Shown: piece after piece, positions 1-11,944 of the stretch | Layout of the letters: each line of letters begins with the position of its first letter | How positions within the stretch are numbered: position 1 is the first letter of the stretch | Assembly (NCBI GenBank): GCA_040954595.2 | Contig: CM082590.2 | Span: 2,604,001 to 2,668,000 of the forward strand | Origin: Balanoglossus misakiensis | Lineage: Eukaryota; Animalia; Hemichordata | Length of the DNA stretch: 64,000 nucleotides | Direction of reading: 5' to 3' | The notes under the pieces: model-generated | What the model was told of the DNA's origin: nothing | The model's database searches: none | The model's input: the letters and a program-made list of their open reading frames with translations, nothing else | Translations under genes and position numbers: made by a program

Positions 1-703
1 CTATAGACTCTGTAGATCGAGAGATAGTTCTAAAATGTCCATGGTTGCTACCAAACACAGCCTCGTTTGTTTACAAAATTCTGTTGTGATGCGCAGAACA
101 CATATATAGGCCTATGCGCATATGAACGTTTTCCACTATACTCTGTAGATCGAGAGATAGTTCTAAAATTTCCATGTTTGCTTCCAAACAGCCTCGTTTA
201 TTTACGGAATTCTGTTTTGAGGCGCAGAACACATAGATAGGCATATGTGCATAAGAAAGTTTTCCACTATAGACTCTGTACATCGAGAGATAGTTCTAAA
301 ATTTCCATGGTTGCTTCCAAACACAGCCTCGTTTGTTTACAAAATTCTGTTGTGATGCGCAGAACACATATATAGGCCTATGCGCATAAGAACGTTTTCC
401 ACTAGACTCTGTAGATCGACGGATAGTTCTAAAATTTCCATGGTTGCTTCCAAACACAGCCTCGTTTGTTTACAAAATTCTGTTGTGATGCGCAGAACAC
501 ATATATAGGCCTATGCGCATAAGAACGTTTTCCACTAGACTCTGTAGATCGACGGATAGTTGTAAAATTTCCATGGTTGCTTCCAAACAGCCTCGTTTAT
601 TTACCGAATTCTGTTGTGAGGCACAGAACACATAGATAGGCCTATGTGCATAAGAAAGTTTTCCACTATAGACTCTGTAGATCGAGAGATAGTTCTAAAA
701 TGT

Positions 704-969
704 CCATGGTTGCTTCCAAACACAGCCTCGTTTGTTTACAAAATTCTGTTGTGATGCGCAGAACACATATATAGGCCTATGCGCATAATAACGTTTTCCA
801 CTAGACTCTGTAGATCGACGGATAGTTGTAAAATTTCCATGGTTGCTTCCAAACAGCCTCGTTTATTTACCGAATTCTGTTGTGAGGCGCAGAACACATA
901 GATAGGCATATGTGCATAAGAAAGTTTTCCACTATAGACTCTGTAGATCGAGAGATAGTTCTAAAATGT
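704..969 (+). repeat. Representative B+A dimer (266 bp), the commonest higher-order unit
   Basis: B (704-836) carries AAACACAGCC, GTTTGTTTACAAAA, GTGATGCG, CATATATAGGCCTATGCG, CCACTAGAC, GATCGACGG. A (837-969) carries AAACAGCC, GTTTATTTACCGAA, GTGAGGCG, CATAGATAGGCATATGTG, CCACTATAGAC, GATCGAGAG, AAAATGTCC. The two types alternate in long stretches across the window. Confidence 0.93.
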
Positions 970-2514
970 CCATGGTTGCTACCAAACACAGCCTCGTTTG
1001 TTTACAAAATTCTGTTGTGATGCGCAGAACACATATATAGGCCTATGCGCATAAGAACGTTTCCACTAGACTCTGTAGATCGACGGATAGCTGTAAAATT
1101 TCCATGGTTGCTTCCAAACAGCCTCGTTTATTTACCGATTTCTGTTGTGAGGCGCAGAACACATGATAGGCCTATGCGCATGAGACATTTTTCCACTAGA
1201 CTCTGTAGATCGACGGATAGTTGTAAAATTTCATGGTTGCTTCCAAATACAGCCTCGTTTATTTACCGATTTCTGTTGTGAGGCGCAGAACACATAGATA
1301 GGCCTATGTGCATAAGAAAGTTTTCCACTATAGACTCTGTAGATCGAGAGATAGTTCTAAAATGTCCATGGTTGCTTCCAAACACAGCCTCGTTTGTTTA
1401 CAAAATTCTGTTGTGATGCGCAGAACACATATATAGGCCTATGCGCATAATAACGTTTTCCACTAGACTCTGTAGATCGACGGATAGTTGTAAAATTTCC
1501 ATGGTTGCTTCCAAACAGCCTCGTTTATTTACCGAATTCTGTTGTGAGGCGCAGAACACATAGATAGGCATATGTGCATAAGAAAGTTTTCCACTATAGA
1601 CTCTGTAGATCGAGAGATAGTTCTAAAATGTCCATGGTTGCTACCAAACACAGCCTCGTTTGTTTACAAAATTCTGTTGTGATGCGCAGAACACATATAT
1701 AGGCCTATGCGCATAAGAACGTTTCCACTAGACTCTGTAGATCGACGGATTGCTGTAAAATTTCATGGTTGCTTCCAAATACAGCCTCGTTTATTTACCG
1801 ATTTCTGTTGTGATGCGCATAACACATAGATAGGCCTATGCGCATAAGAACGTTTTACACTAGACTCTGTAGATCGACGGATAGTTGTACAATTTCCATG
1901 GTTGCTTCCAAACATCTTCGTTTATTTACCGATTTCTGTTGTGAGGCGCATAACACATGATAGGCCTATGCGCATGAGACATTTTTCCACTAGACTCTGT
2001 AGATCGACGGATAGTTCTAAAAGTTCCATGGTTGCTTCCAAACAGCCTCGTTTATTTACCGAATTCTGTTGTGAGGCGCAGAGCACGTAATAGGCCTATG
2101 CGCATAAGAAAGTTTTCCACCAGACTCTGTAGATCGACGGATAGTTGTAAAATTTCCATGGTTGCTTCCAAACAGCCTCGTTTATTTACCGATTTCTAAT
2201 GTGATGCGCAGAACACATAGATAGGCATATGTGCATAATAAAGTTTTCCACTAGACTCTGTAGATCGAGAGATAGTTCTAAAATTTCCATGGTTGCTTCC
2301 AAACACAGCCTCGTTTGTTTACAAAATTCTGTTGTGATGCGCAGAACACATATATAGGCCTATGCGCATAATAACGTTTTCCACTAGACTCTGTAGATCG
2401 ACGGATAGTTCTAAAATGTCCATGGTTGCTTCCAAACACAGCCTCGTTTGTTTACAAAATTCTGTTGTGATGCGCAGAACACATATATAGGCCTATGCGC
2501 ATAATAACGTTTTC

Positions 2515-4160
2515 CACTAGACTCTGTAGATCGACGGATAGTTCTAAAATTTCCATGGTTGCTTCCAAACAGCCTCGTTTATTTACCGAATTCTGTTGTG
2601 AGGCACAGAACACATAGATAGGCCTATGTGCATAAGAAAGTTTTCCACTATAGACTCTGTAGATCGAGAGATAGTTCTAAAATGTCCATGGTTGCTTCCA
2701 AACACAGCCTCGTTTGTTTACAAAATTCTTTTGTGATGCGCAGAACACATATATAGGCCTATGCGCATAATAACGTTTTCCACTAGACTCTGTAGATCGA
2801 CGGATAGTTGTAAAATTTCCATGGTTGCTTCCAAACAGCCTCGTTTATTTACCGAATTCTGTTGTGAGGCGCAGAACACATAGATAGGCATATGTGCATA
2901 AGAAAGTTTTCCACTATAGACTCTGTAGATCGAGAGATAGTTCTAAAATGTCCATGGTTGCTACCAAACACAGCCTCGTTTGTTTACAAAATTCTGTTGT
3001 GATGCGCAGAACACATATATAGGCCTATGCGCATATGAACGTTTTCCACTATACTCTGTAGATCGAGAGATAGTTCTAAAATTTCCATGTTTGCTTCCAA
3101 ACAGCCTCGTTTATTTACGGAATTCTGTTTTGAGGCGCAGAACACATAGATAGGCATATGTGCATAAGAAAGTTTTCCACTATAGACTCTGTACATCGAG
3201 AGATAGTTCTAAAATTTCCATGGTTGCTTCCAAACACAGCCTCGTTTGTTTACAAAATTCTGTTGTGATGCGCAGAACACATATATAAGCCTATGCGCAT
3301 AAGAACGTTTTCCACTAGACTCTGTAGATCGACGGATAGTTCTAAAATTTCCATGGTTGCTTCCAAACAGCCTCGTTTATTTACCGAATTCTGTTGTGAG
3401 GCACAGAACACATAGATAGGCCTATGTGCATAAGAAAGTTTTCCACTATAGACTCTGTAGATCGAGAGATAGTTCTAAAATGTCCATGGTTGCTTCCAAA
3501 CACAGCCTCGTTTGTTTACAAAATTCTTTTGTGATGCGCAGAACACATATATAGGCCTATGCGCATAATAACGTTTTCCACTAGACTCTGTAGATCGACG
3601 GATAGTTGTAAAATTTCCATGGTTGCTTCCAAACAGCCTCGTTTATTTACCGAATTCTGTTGTGAGGCGCAGAACACATAGATAGGCATATGTGCATAAG
3701 AAAGTTTTCCACTATAGACTCTGTAGATCGAGAGATAGTTCTAAAATGTCCATGGTTGCTACCAAACACAGCCTCGTTTGTTTACAAAATTCTGTTGTGA
3801 TGCGCAGAACACATATATAGGCCTATGCGCATATGAACGTTTTCCACTATACTCTGTAGATCGAGAGATAGTTCTAAAATTTCCATGTTTGCTTCCAAAC
3901 AGCCTCGTTTATTTACGGAATTCTGTTTTGAGGCGCAGAACACATAGATAGGCATATGTGCATAAGAAAGTTTTCCACTATAGACTCTGTACATCGAGAG
4001 ATAGTTCTAAAATTTCCATGGTTGCTTCCAAACACAGCCTCGTTTGTTTACAAAATTCTGTTGTGATGCGCAGAACACATATATAGGCCTATGCGCATAA
4101 GAACGTTTTCCACTAGACTCTGTAGATCGACGGATAGTTCTAAAATTTCCATGGTTGCTT
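2515..4160 (+). repeat. 798 bp (6-monomer) local tandem duplication
   Basis: Identical ORFs at 2984 and 3782 (offset 798). The ATTCTTTTGTG variant occurs at ~2725 and ~3523. Confidence 0.75.
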
Positions 4161-7100
4161 CCAAACACAGCCTCGTTTGTTTACAAAATTCTGTTGTGAT
4201 GCGCAGAACACATATATAGGCCTATGCGCATAAGAACGTTTTCCACTAGACTCTGTAGATCGACGGATAGTTGTAAAATTTCCATGGTTGCTTCCAAACA
4301 GCCTCGTTTATTTACCGAATTCTGTTGTGAGGCACAGAACACATAGATAGGCCTATGTGCATAAGAAAGTTTTCCACTATAGACTCTGTAGATCGAGAGA
4401 TAGTTCTAAAATGTCCATGGTTGCTTCCAAACACAGCCTCGTTTGTTTACAAAATTCTGTTGTGATGCGCAGAACACATATATAGGCCTATGCGCATAAT
4501 AACGTTTTCCACTAGACTCTGTAGATCGACGGATAGTTGTAAAATTTCCATGGTTGCTTCCAAACAGCCTCGTTTATTTACCGAATTCTGTTGTGAGGCG
4601 CAGAACACATAGATAGGCATATGTGCATAAGAAAGTTTTCCACTATAGACTCTGTAGATCGAGAGATAGTTCTAAAATGTCCATGGTTGCTACCAAACAC
4701 AGCCTCGTTTGTTTACAAAATTCTGTTGTGATGCGCAGAACACATATATAGGCCTATGCGCATAAGAACGTTTCCACTAGACTCTGTAGATCGACGGATA
4801 GCTGTAAAATTTCCATGGTTGCTTCCAAACAGCCTCGTTTATTTACCGATTTCTGTTGTGAGGCGCAGAACACATGATAGGCCTATGCGCATGAGACATT
4901 TTTCCACTAGACTCTGTAGATCGACGGATAGTTGTAAAATTTCATGGTTGCTTCCAAATACAGCCTCGTTTATTTACCGATTTCTGTTGTGAGGCGCAGA
5001 ACACATAGATAGGCCTATGTGCATAAGAAAGTTTTCCACTATAGACTCTGTAGATCGAGAGATAGTTCTAAAATGTCCATGGTTGCTTCCAAACACAGCC
5101 TCGTTTGTTTACAAAATTCTGTTGTGATGCGCAGAACACATATATAGGCCTATGCGCATAATAACGTTTTCCACTAGACTCTGTAGATCGACGGATAGTT
5201 GTAAAATTTCCATGGTTGCTTCCAAACAGCCTCGTTTATTTACCGAATTCTGTTGTGAGGCGCAGAACACATAGATAGGCATATGTGCATAAGAAAGTTT
5301 TCCACTATAGACTCTGTAGATCGAGAGATAGTTCTAAAATGTCCATGGTTGCTACCAAACACAGCCTCGTTTGTTTACAAAATTCTGTTGTGATGCGCAG
5401 AACACATATATAGGCCTATGCGCATAAGAACGTTTCCACTAGACTCTGTAGATCGACGGATTGCTGTAAAATTTCATGGTTGCTTCCAAATACAGCCTCG
5501 TTTATTTACCGATTTCTGTTGTGATGCGCATAACACATAGATAGGCCTATGCGCATAAGAACGTTTTACACTAGACTCTGTAGATCGACGGATAGTTGTA
5601 CAATTTCCATGGTTGCTTCCAAACAGCTTCGTTTATTTACCGATTTCTGTTGTGAGGCGCAGAACACATGATAGGCCTATGCGCATGAGACATTTTTCCA
5701 CAGGACTCTGTAGATCGACGGATAGTTCTAAAAGTTCCATGGTTGCTTCCAAACAGCCTCGTTTATTTACCGAATTCTGTTGTGAGGCGCAGAGCACGTA
5801 ATAGGCCTATGCGCATAAGAAAGTTTTCCACCAGACTCTGTAGATCGACGGATAGTTGTAAAATTTCCATGGTTGCTTCCAAACAGCCTCGTTTATTTAC
5901 CGATTTCTGTTGTGATGCGCAGAACACATAGATAGGCATATGTGCATAATAAAGTTTTCCACTAGACTCCTTAGATCGAGAGATAGTTCTAAAATTTCCA
6001 TGGTTGCTTCCAAACACAGCCTCGTTTGTTTACAAAATTCTGTTGTGATGCGCAGAACACATATATAGGCCTATGCGCATAATAACGTTTTCCACTAGAC
6101 TCTGTAGATCGACGGATAGTTGTAAAATTTCCATGGTTGCTTCCAAACAGCCTCGTTTATTTACCGAATTCTGTTGTGAGGCGCAGAACACATAGATAGG
6201 CATATGTGCATAAGAAAGTTTTCCACTATAGACTCTATAGATCGAGAGATAGTTCTAAAATGTCCATGGTTGCTTCCAAACACAGCCTCGTTTGTTTACA
6301 AAATTCTGTTGTGATGCGCAGAACACATATATAGGCCTATGCGCATAAGAACGTTTCCACTAGACTCTGTAGATCGACGGATAGCTGTAAAATTTCCATG
6401 GTTGCTTTTAAACAGCCTCGTTTATTTACCGATTTCTGTTGTGAGGCGCAGAACACATAGATAGGCATATGTGCATAAGAAAGTTTTCCACTATAGACTC
6501 TGTAGATCGAGAGATAGTTCTAAAATGTCCATGGTTGCTACCAAACACAGCCTCGTTTGTTTACAAAATTCTGTTGTGATGCGCAGAACACATATATAGG
6601 CCTATGCGCATAAGAACGTTTCCACTAGACTCTGTAGATCGACGGATAGCTGTAAAATTTCCATGGTTGCTTCCAAACAGCCTCGTTTATTTACCGATTT
6701 CTGTTGTGAGGCGCAGAACACATGATAGGCCTATGCGCATGAGACATTTTTCCACTAGACTCTGTAGATCGACGGATAGTTGTAAAATTTCATGGTTGCT
6801 TCCAAATACAGCCTCGTTTATTTACCGATTTCTGTTGTGAGGCGCAGAACACATAGATAGGCCTATGTGCATAAGAAAGTTTTCCACTATAGACTCTGCA
6901 GATCGAGAGATAGTTCTAAAATGTCCATGGTTGCTTCCAAACACAGCCTCGTTTGTTTACAAAATTCTGTTGTGATGCGCAGAACACATATATAGGCCTA
7001 TGCGCATAATAACGTTTTCCACTAGACTCTGTAGATCGACGGATAGTTGTAAAATTTCCATGGTTGCTTCCAAACAGCCTCGTTTATTTACCGAATTCTG

Positions 7101-10100
7101 TTGTGAGGCGCAGAACACATAGATAGGCATATGTGCATAAGAAAGTTTTCCACTATAGACTCTGTAGATCGAGAGATAGTTCTAAAATGTCCATGGTTGC
7201 TACCAAACACAGCCTCGTTTGTTTACAAAATTCTGTTGTGATGCGCAGAACACATATATAGGCCTATGCGCATAATAACGTTTTCCACTAGACTCTGTAG
7301 ATCGACGGATAGTTGTAAAATTTCCATGGTTGCTTCCAAACAGCCTCGTTTATTTACCGAATTCTGTTGTGAGGCGCAGAACACATAGATAGGCATATGT
7401 GCATAAGAAAGTTTTCCACTATAGACTCTGTAGATCGAGAGATAGTTCTAAAATGTCCATGGTTGCTACCAAACACAGCCTCGTTTGTTTACAAAATTCT
7501 GTTGTGATGCGCAGAACACATATATAGGCCTATGCGCATATGAACGTTTTCCACTATACTCTGTAGATCGAGAGATAGTTCTAAAATTTCCATGTTTGCT
7601 TCCAAACAGCCTCGTTTATTTACGGAATTCTGTTTTGAGGCGCAGAACACATAGATAGGCATATGTGCATAAGAAAGTTTTCCACTATAGACTCTGTACA
7701 TCGAGAGATAGTTCTAAAATTTCCATGGTTGCTTCCAAACACAGCCTCGTTTGTTTACAAAATTCTGTTGTGATGCGCAGAACACATATATAGGCCTATG
7801 CGCATAAGAACGTTTTCCACTAGACTCTGTAGATCGACGGATAGTTCTAAAATTTCCATGGTTGCTTCCAAACACAGCCTCGTTTGTTTACAAAATTCTG
7901 TTGTGATGCGCAGAACACATATATAGGCCTATGCGCATAAGAACGTTTTCCACTAGACTCTGTAGATCGACGGATAGTTGTAAAATTTCCATGGTTGCTT
8001 CCAAACAGCCTCGTTTATTTACCGAATTCTGTTGTGAGGCACAGAACACATAGATAGGCCTATGTGCATAAGAAAGTTTTCCACAATAGACTCTGTAGAT
8101 CGAGAGATAGTTCTAAAATGTCCATGGTTGCTTCCAAACACAGCCTCGTTTGTTTACAAAATTCTGTTGTGATGCGCAGAACACATATATAGGCCTATGC
8201 GCATAATAACGTTTTCCACTAGACTCTGTAGATCGACGGATAGTTGTAAAATTTCCATGGTTGCTTCCAAACAGCCTCGTTTATTTACCGAATTCTGTTG
8301 TGAGGCGCAGAACACATAGATAGGCATATGTGCATAAGAAAGTTTTCCACTATAGACTCTGTAGATCGAGAGATAGTTCTAAAATGTCCATGGTTGCTAC
8401 CAAACACAGCCTCGTTTGTTTACAAAATTCTGTTGTGATGCGCAGAACACATATATAGGCCTATGCGCATAAGAACGTTTCCACTAGACTCTGTAGATCG
8501 ACGGATAGCTGTAAAATTTCCATGGTTGCTTCCAAACAGCCTCGTTTATTTACCGATTTCTGTTGTGAGGCGCAGAACACATGATAGGCCTATGCGCATG
8601 AGACATTTTTCCACTAGACTCTGTAGATCGACGGATAGTTGTAAAATTTCATGGTTGCTTCCAAATACAGCCTCGTTTATTTACCGATTTCTGTTGTGAG
8701 GCGCAGAACACATAGATAGGCCTATGTGCATAAGAAAGTTTTCCACTATAGACTCTGTAGATCGAGAGATAGTTCTAAAATGTCCATGGTTGCTTCCAAA
8801 CACAGCCTCGTTTGTTTACAAAATTCTGTTGTGATGCGCAGAACACATATATAGGCCTATGCGCATAATAACGTTTTCCACTAGACTCTGTAGATCGACG
8901 GATAGTTGTAAAATTTCCATGGTTGCTTCCAAACAGCCTCGTTTATTTACCGAATTCTGTTGTGAGGCGCAGAACACATAGATAGGCATATGTGCATAAG
9001 AAAGTTTTCCACTATAGACTCTGTAGATCGAGAGATAGTTCTAAAATGTCCATGGTTGCTACCAAACACAGCCTCGTTTGTTTACAAAATTCTGTTGTGA
9101 TGCGCAGAACACATATATAGGCCTATGCGCATAAGAACGTTTCCACTAGACTCTGTAGATCGACGGATTGCTGTAAAATTTCATGGTTGCTTCCAAATAC
9201 AGCCTCGTTTATTTACCGATTTCTGTTGTGATGCGCATAACACATAGATAGGCCTATGCGCATAAGAACGTTTTACACTAGACTCTGTAGATCGACGGAT
9301 AGTTGTACAATTTCCATGGTTGCTTCCAAACAGCTTCGTTTATTTACCGATTTCTGTTGTGAGGCGCAGAACACATGATAGGCCTATGCGCATGAGACAT
9401 TTTTCCACTAGACTCTGTAGATCGACGGATAGTTCTAAAAGTTCCATGGTTGCTTCCAAACAGCCTCGTTTATTTACCGAATTCTGTTGTGAGGCGCAGA
9501 GCACGTAATAGGCCTATGCGCATAAGAAAGTTTTCCACCAGACTCTGTAGATCGACGGATAGTTGTAAAATTTCCATGGTTGCTTCCAAACAGCCTCGTT
9601 TATTTACCGATTTCTGTTGTGATGCGCAGAACACATAGATAGGCATATGTGCATAATAAAGTTTTCCACTAGACTCTGTAGATCGAGAGATAGTTCTAAA
9701 ATTTCCATGGTTGCTTCCAAACACAGCCTCGTTTGTTTACAAAATTCTGTTGTGATGCGCAGAACACATATATAGGCCTATGCGCATAATAACGTTTTCC
9801 ACTAGACTCTGTAGATCGACGGATAGTTGTAAAATTTCCATGGTTGCTTCCAAACAGCCTCGTTTATTTACCGAATTCTGTTGTGAGGCGCAGAACACAT
9901 AGATAGGCATATGTGCATAAGAAAGTTTTCCACTATAGACTCTATAGATCGAGAGATAGTTCTAAAATGTCCATGGTTGCTTCCAAACACAGCCTCGTTT
10001 GTTTACAAAATTCTGTTGTGATGCGCAGAACACATATATAGGCCTATGCGCATAAGAACGTTTCCACTAGACTCTGTAGATCGACGGATAGCTGTAAAAT

Positions 10101-10982
10101 TTCCATGGTTGCTTTTAAACAGCCTCGTTTATTTACCGATTTCTGTTGTGAGGCGCAGAACACATAGATAGGCATATGTGCATAAGAAAGTTTTCCACTA
10201 TAGACTCTGTAGATCGAGAGATAGTTCTAAAATGTCCATGGTTGCTACCAAACACAGCCTCGTTTGTTTACAAAATTCTGTTGTGATGCGCAGAACACAT
10301 ATATAGGCCTATGCGCATAAGAACGTTTCCACTAGACTCTGTAGATCGACGGATAGCTGTAAAATTTCCATGGTTGCTTCCAAACAGCCTCGTTTATTTA
10401 CCGATTTCTGTTGTGAGGCGCAGAACACATGATAGGCCTATGCGCATGAGACATTTTTCCACTAGACTCTGTAGATCGACGGATAGTTGTAAAATTTCAT
10501 GGTTGCTTCCAAATACAGCCTCGTTTATTTACCGATTTCTGTTGTGAGGCGCAGAACACATAGATAGGCCTATGTGCATAAGAAAGTTTTCCACTATAGA
10601 CTCTGCAGATCGAGAGATAGTTCTAAAATGTCCATGGTTGCTTCCAAACACAGCCTCGTTTGTTTACAAAATTCTGTTGTGATGCGCAGAACACATATAT
10701 AGGCCTATGCGCATAATAACGTTTTCCACTAGACTCTGTAGATCGACGGATAGTTGTAAAATTTCCATGGTTGCTTCCAAACAGCCTCGTTTATTTACCG
10801 AATTCTGTTGTGAGGCGCAGAACACATAGATAGGCATATGTGCATAAGAAAGTTTTCCACTATAGACTCTGTAGATCGAGAGATAGTTCTAAAATGTCCA
10901 TGGTTGCTACCAAACACAGCCTCGTTTGTTTACAAAATTCTGTTGTGATGCGCAGAACACATATATAGGCCTATGCGCATAA
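3535..10982 (+). repeat. Tandem duplication of a 3707 bp (~28-monomer) higher-order unit, two full copies plus a partial earlier copy at 1-~2410 (offset 3711)
   Basis: ORF offsets 3782/7489, 4756/8463, 5613/9320, 5743/9450 and 6604/10311 are all 3707. Offsets 71/3782, 1045/4756 and 1902/5613 are 3711. Private variants are shared: CTCTATAG at 6233/9940 and CTCTGCAG at 6894/10601. Confidence 0.9.
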
Positions 10983-11944
10983 GAACGTTTCCACTAGACT
11001 CTGTAGATCGACGGATTGCTGTAAAATTTCATGGTTGCTTCCAAATACAGCCTCGTTTATTTACCGATTTCTGTTGTGATGCGCATAACACATAGATAGG
11101 CCTATGCGCATAAGAACGTTTTACACTAGACTCTGTAGATCGACGGATAGTTGTACAATTTCCATGGTTGCTTCCAAACAGCCTCGTTTATTTACCGATT
11201 TCTGTTGTGAGGCGCAGAACACATATATAGGCCTATGCGCATAAGACATTTTTCCACTAGACTCTGTCGATCGACGGATAGTTCTAAAAGTTCCATGGTT
11301 GCTTCCAAACAGCCTCGTTTATTTACCGAATTCTGTTGTGAGGCGCAGAGCACGTAATAGGCCTATGCGCATAAGAAAGTTTTCCACCAGACTCTGTAGA
11401 TCGACGGATAGTTGTACAATTTCCATGGTTGCTTCCAAACAGCCTCGTTTATTTACCGATTTCTGTTGTGATGCGCAGAACACATAGATAGGCATATGTG
11501 CATAATAAAGTTTTCCACTAGACTCTGTAGATCGAGAGATAGTTCTAAAACTTCCATGTTTGCTTCCAAACAGCCTCGTTTATTTGCGGAATTCTGTTTT
11601 GAGGCGCAGAACACATAGATAGGCATATGTGAATAAGAAAGTTTTCCACTATAGACTCTGTAGATCGAGAGATAGTTGTAAAATTTCCATGGTTGCTTCC
11701 AAACAGCCTCGTTTATTTACCGATTTCTGTTGTGAGGCGCAGAACACATAGATAGGCCTATGCGCATAAAAAACTTTTCAACTTTAGATCAACGGATAGT
11801 TCAAAAATTTCCATGGTTGTTTCCAAACAGCCTCGTTTATTTACCGAATTCTGTTGTGATGCGTAGAACACATACATATGCCTATGCGCATAAGAAAGTT
11901 TTCCACTAGACTCCGTAGATCGACGAATAGTTCTAAAATGTCCA

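Noticed and set aside
192-210. Possible CENP-B box (CCTCGTTTATTTACGGA; CTTCGTTTATTTACCGA at ~5627)
   Set aside because: It lacks the essential TTCG....A..CGGG positions. The resemblance is superficial.
801-931. Internal sub-repeat origin of the monomer (TTCCA x3, TCTGT x2, GATAG x2)
   Set aside because: The matches are only 5 bp with inconsistent spacing, which is not enough to support an ancestral shorter unit.
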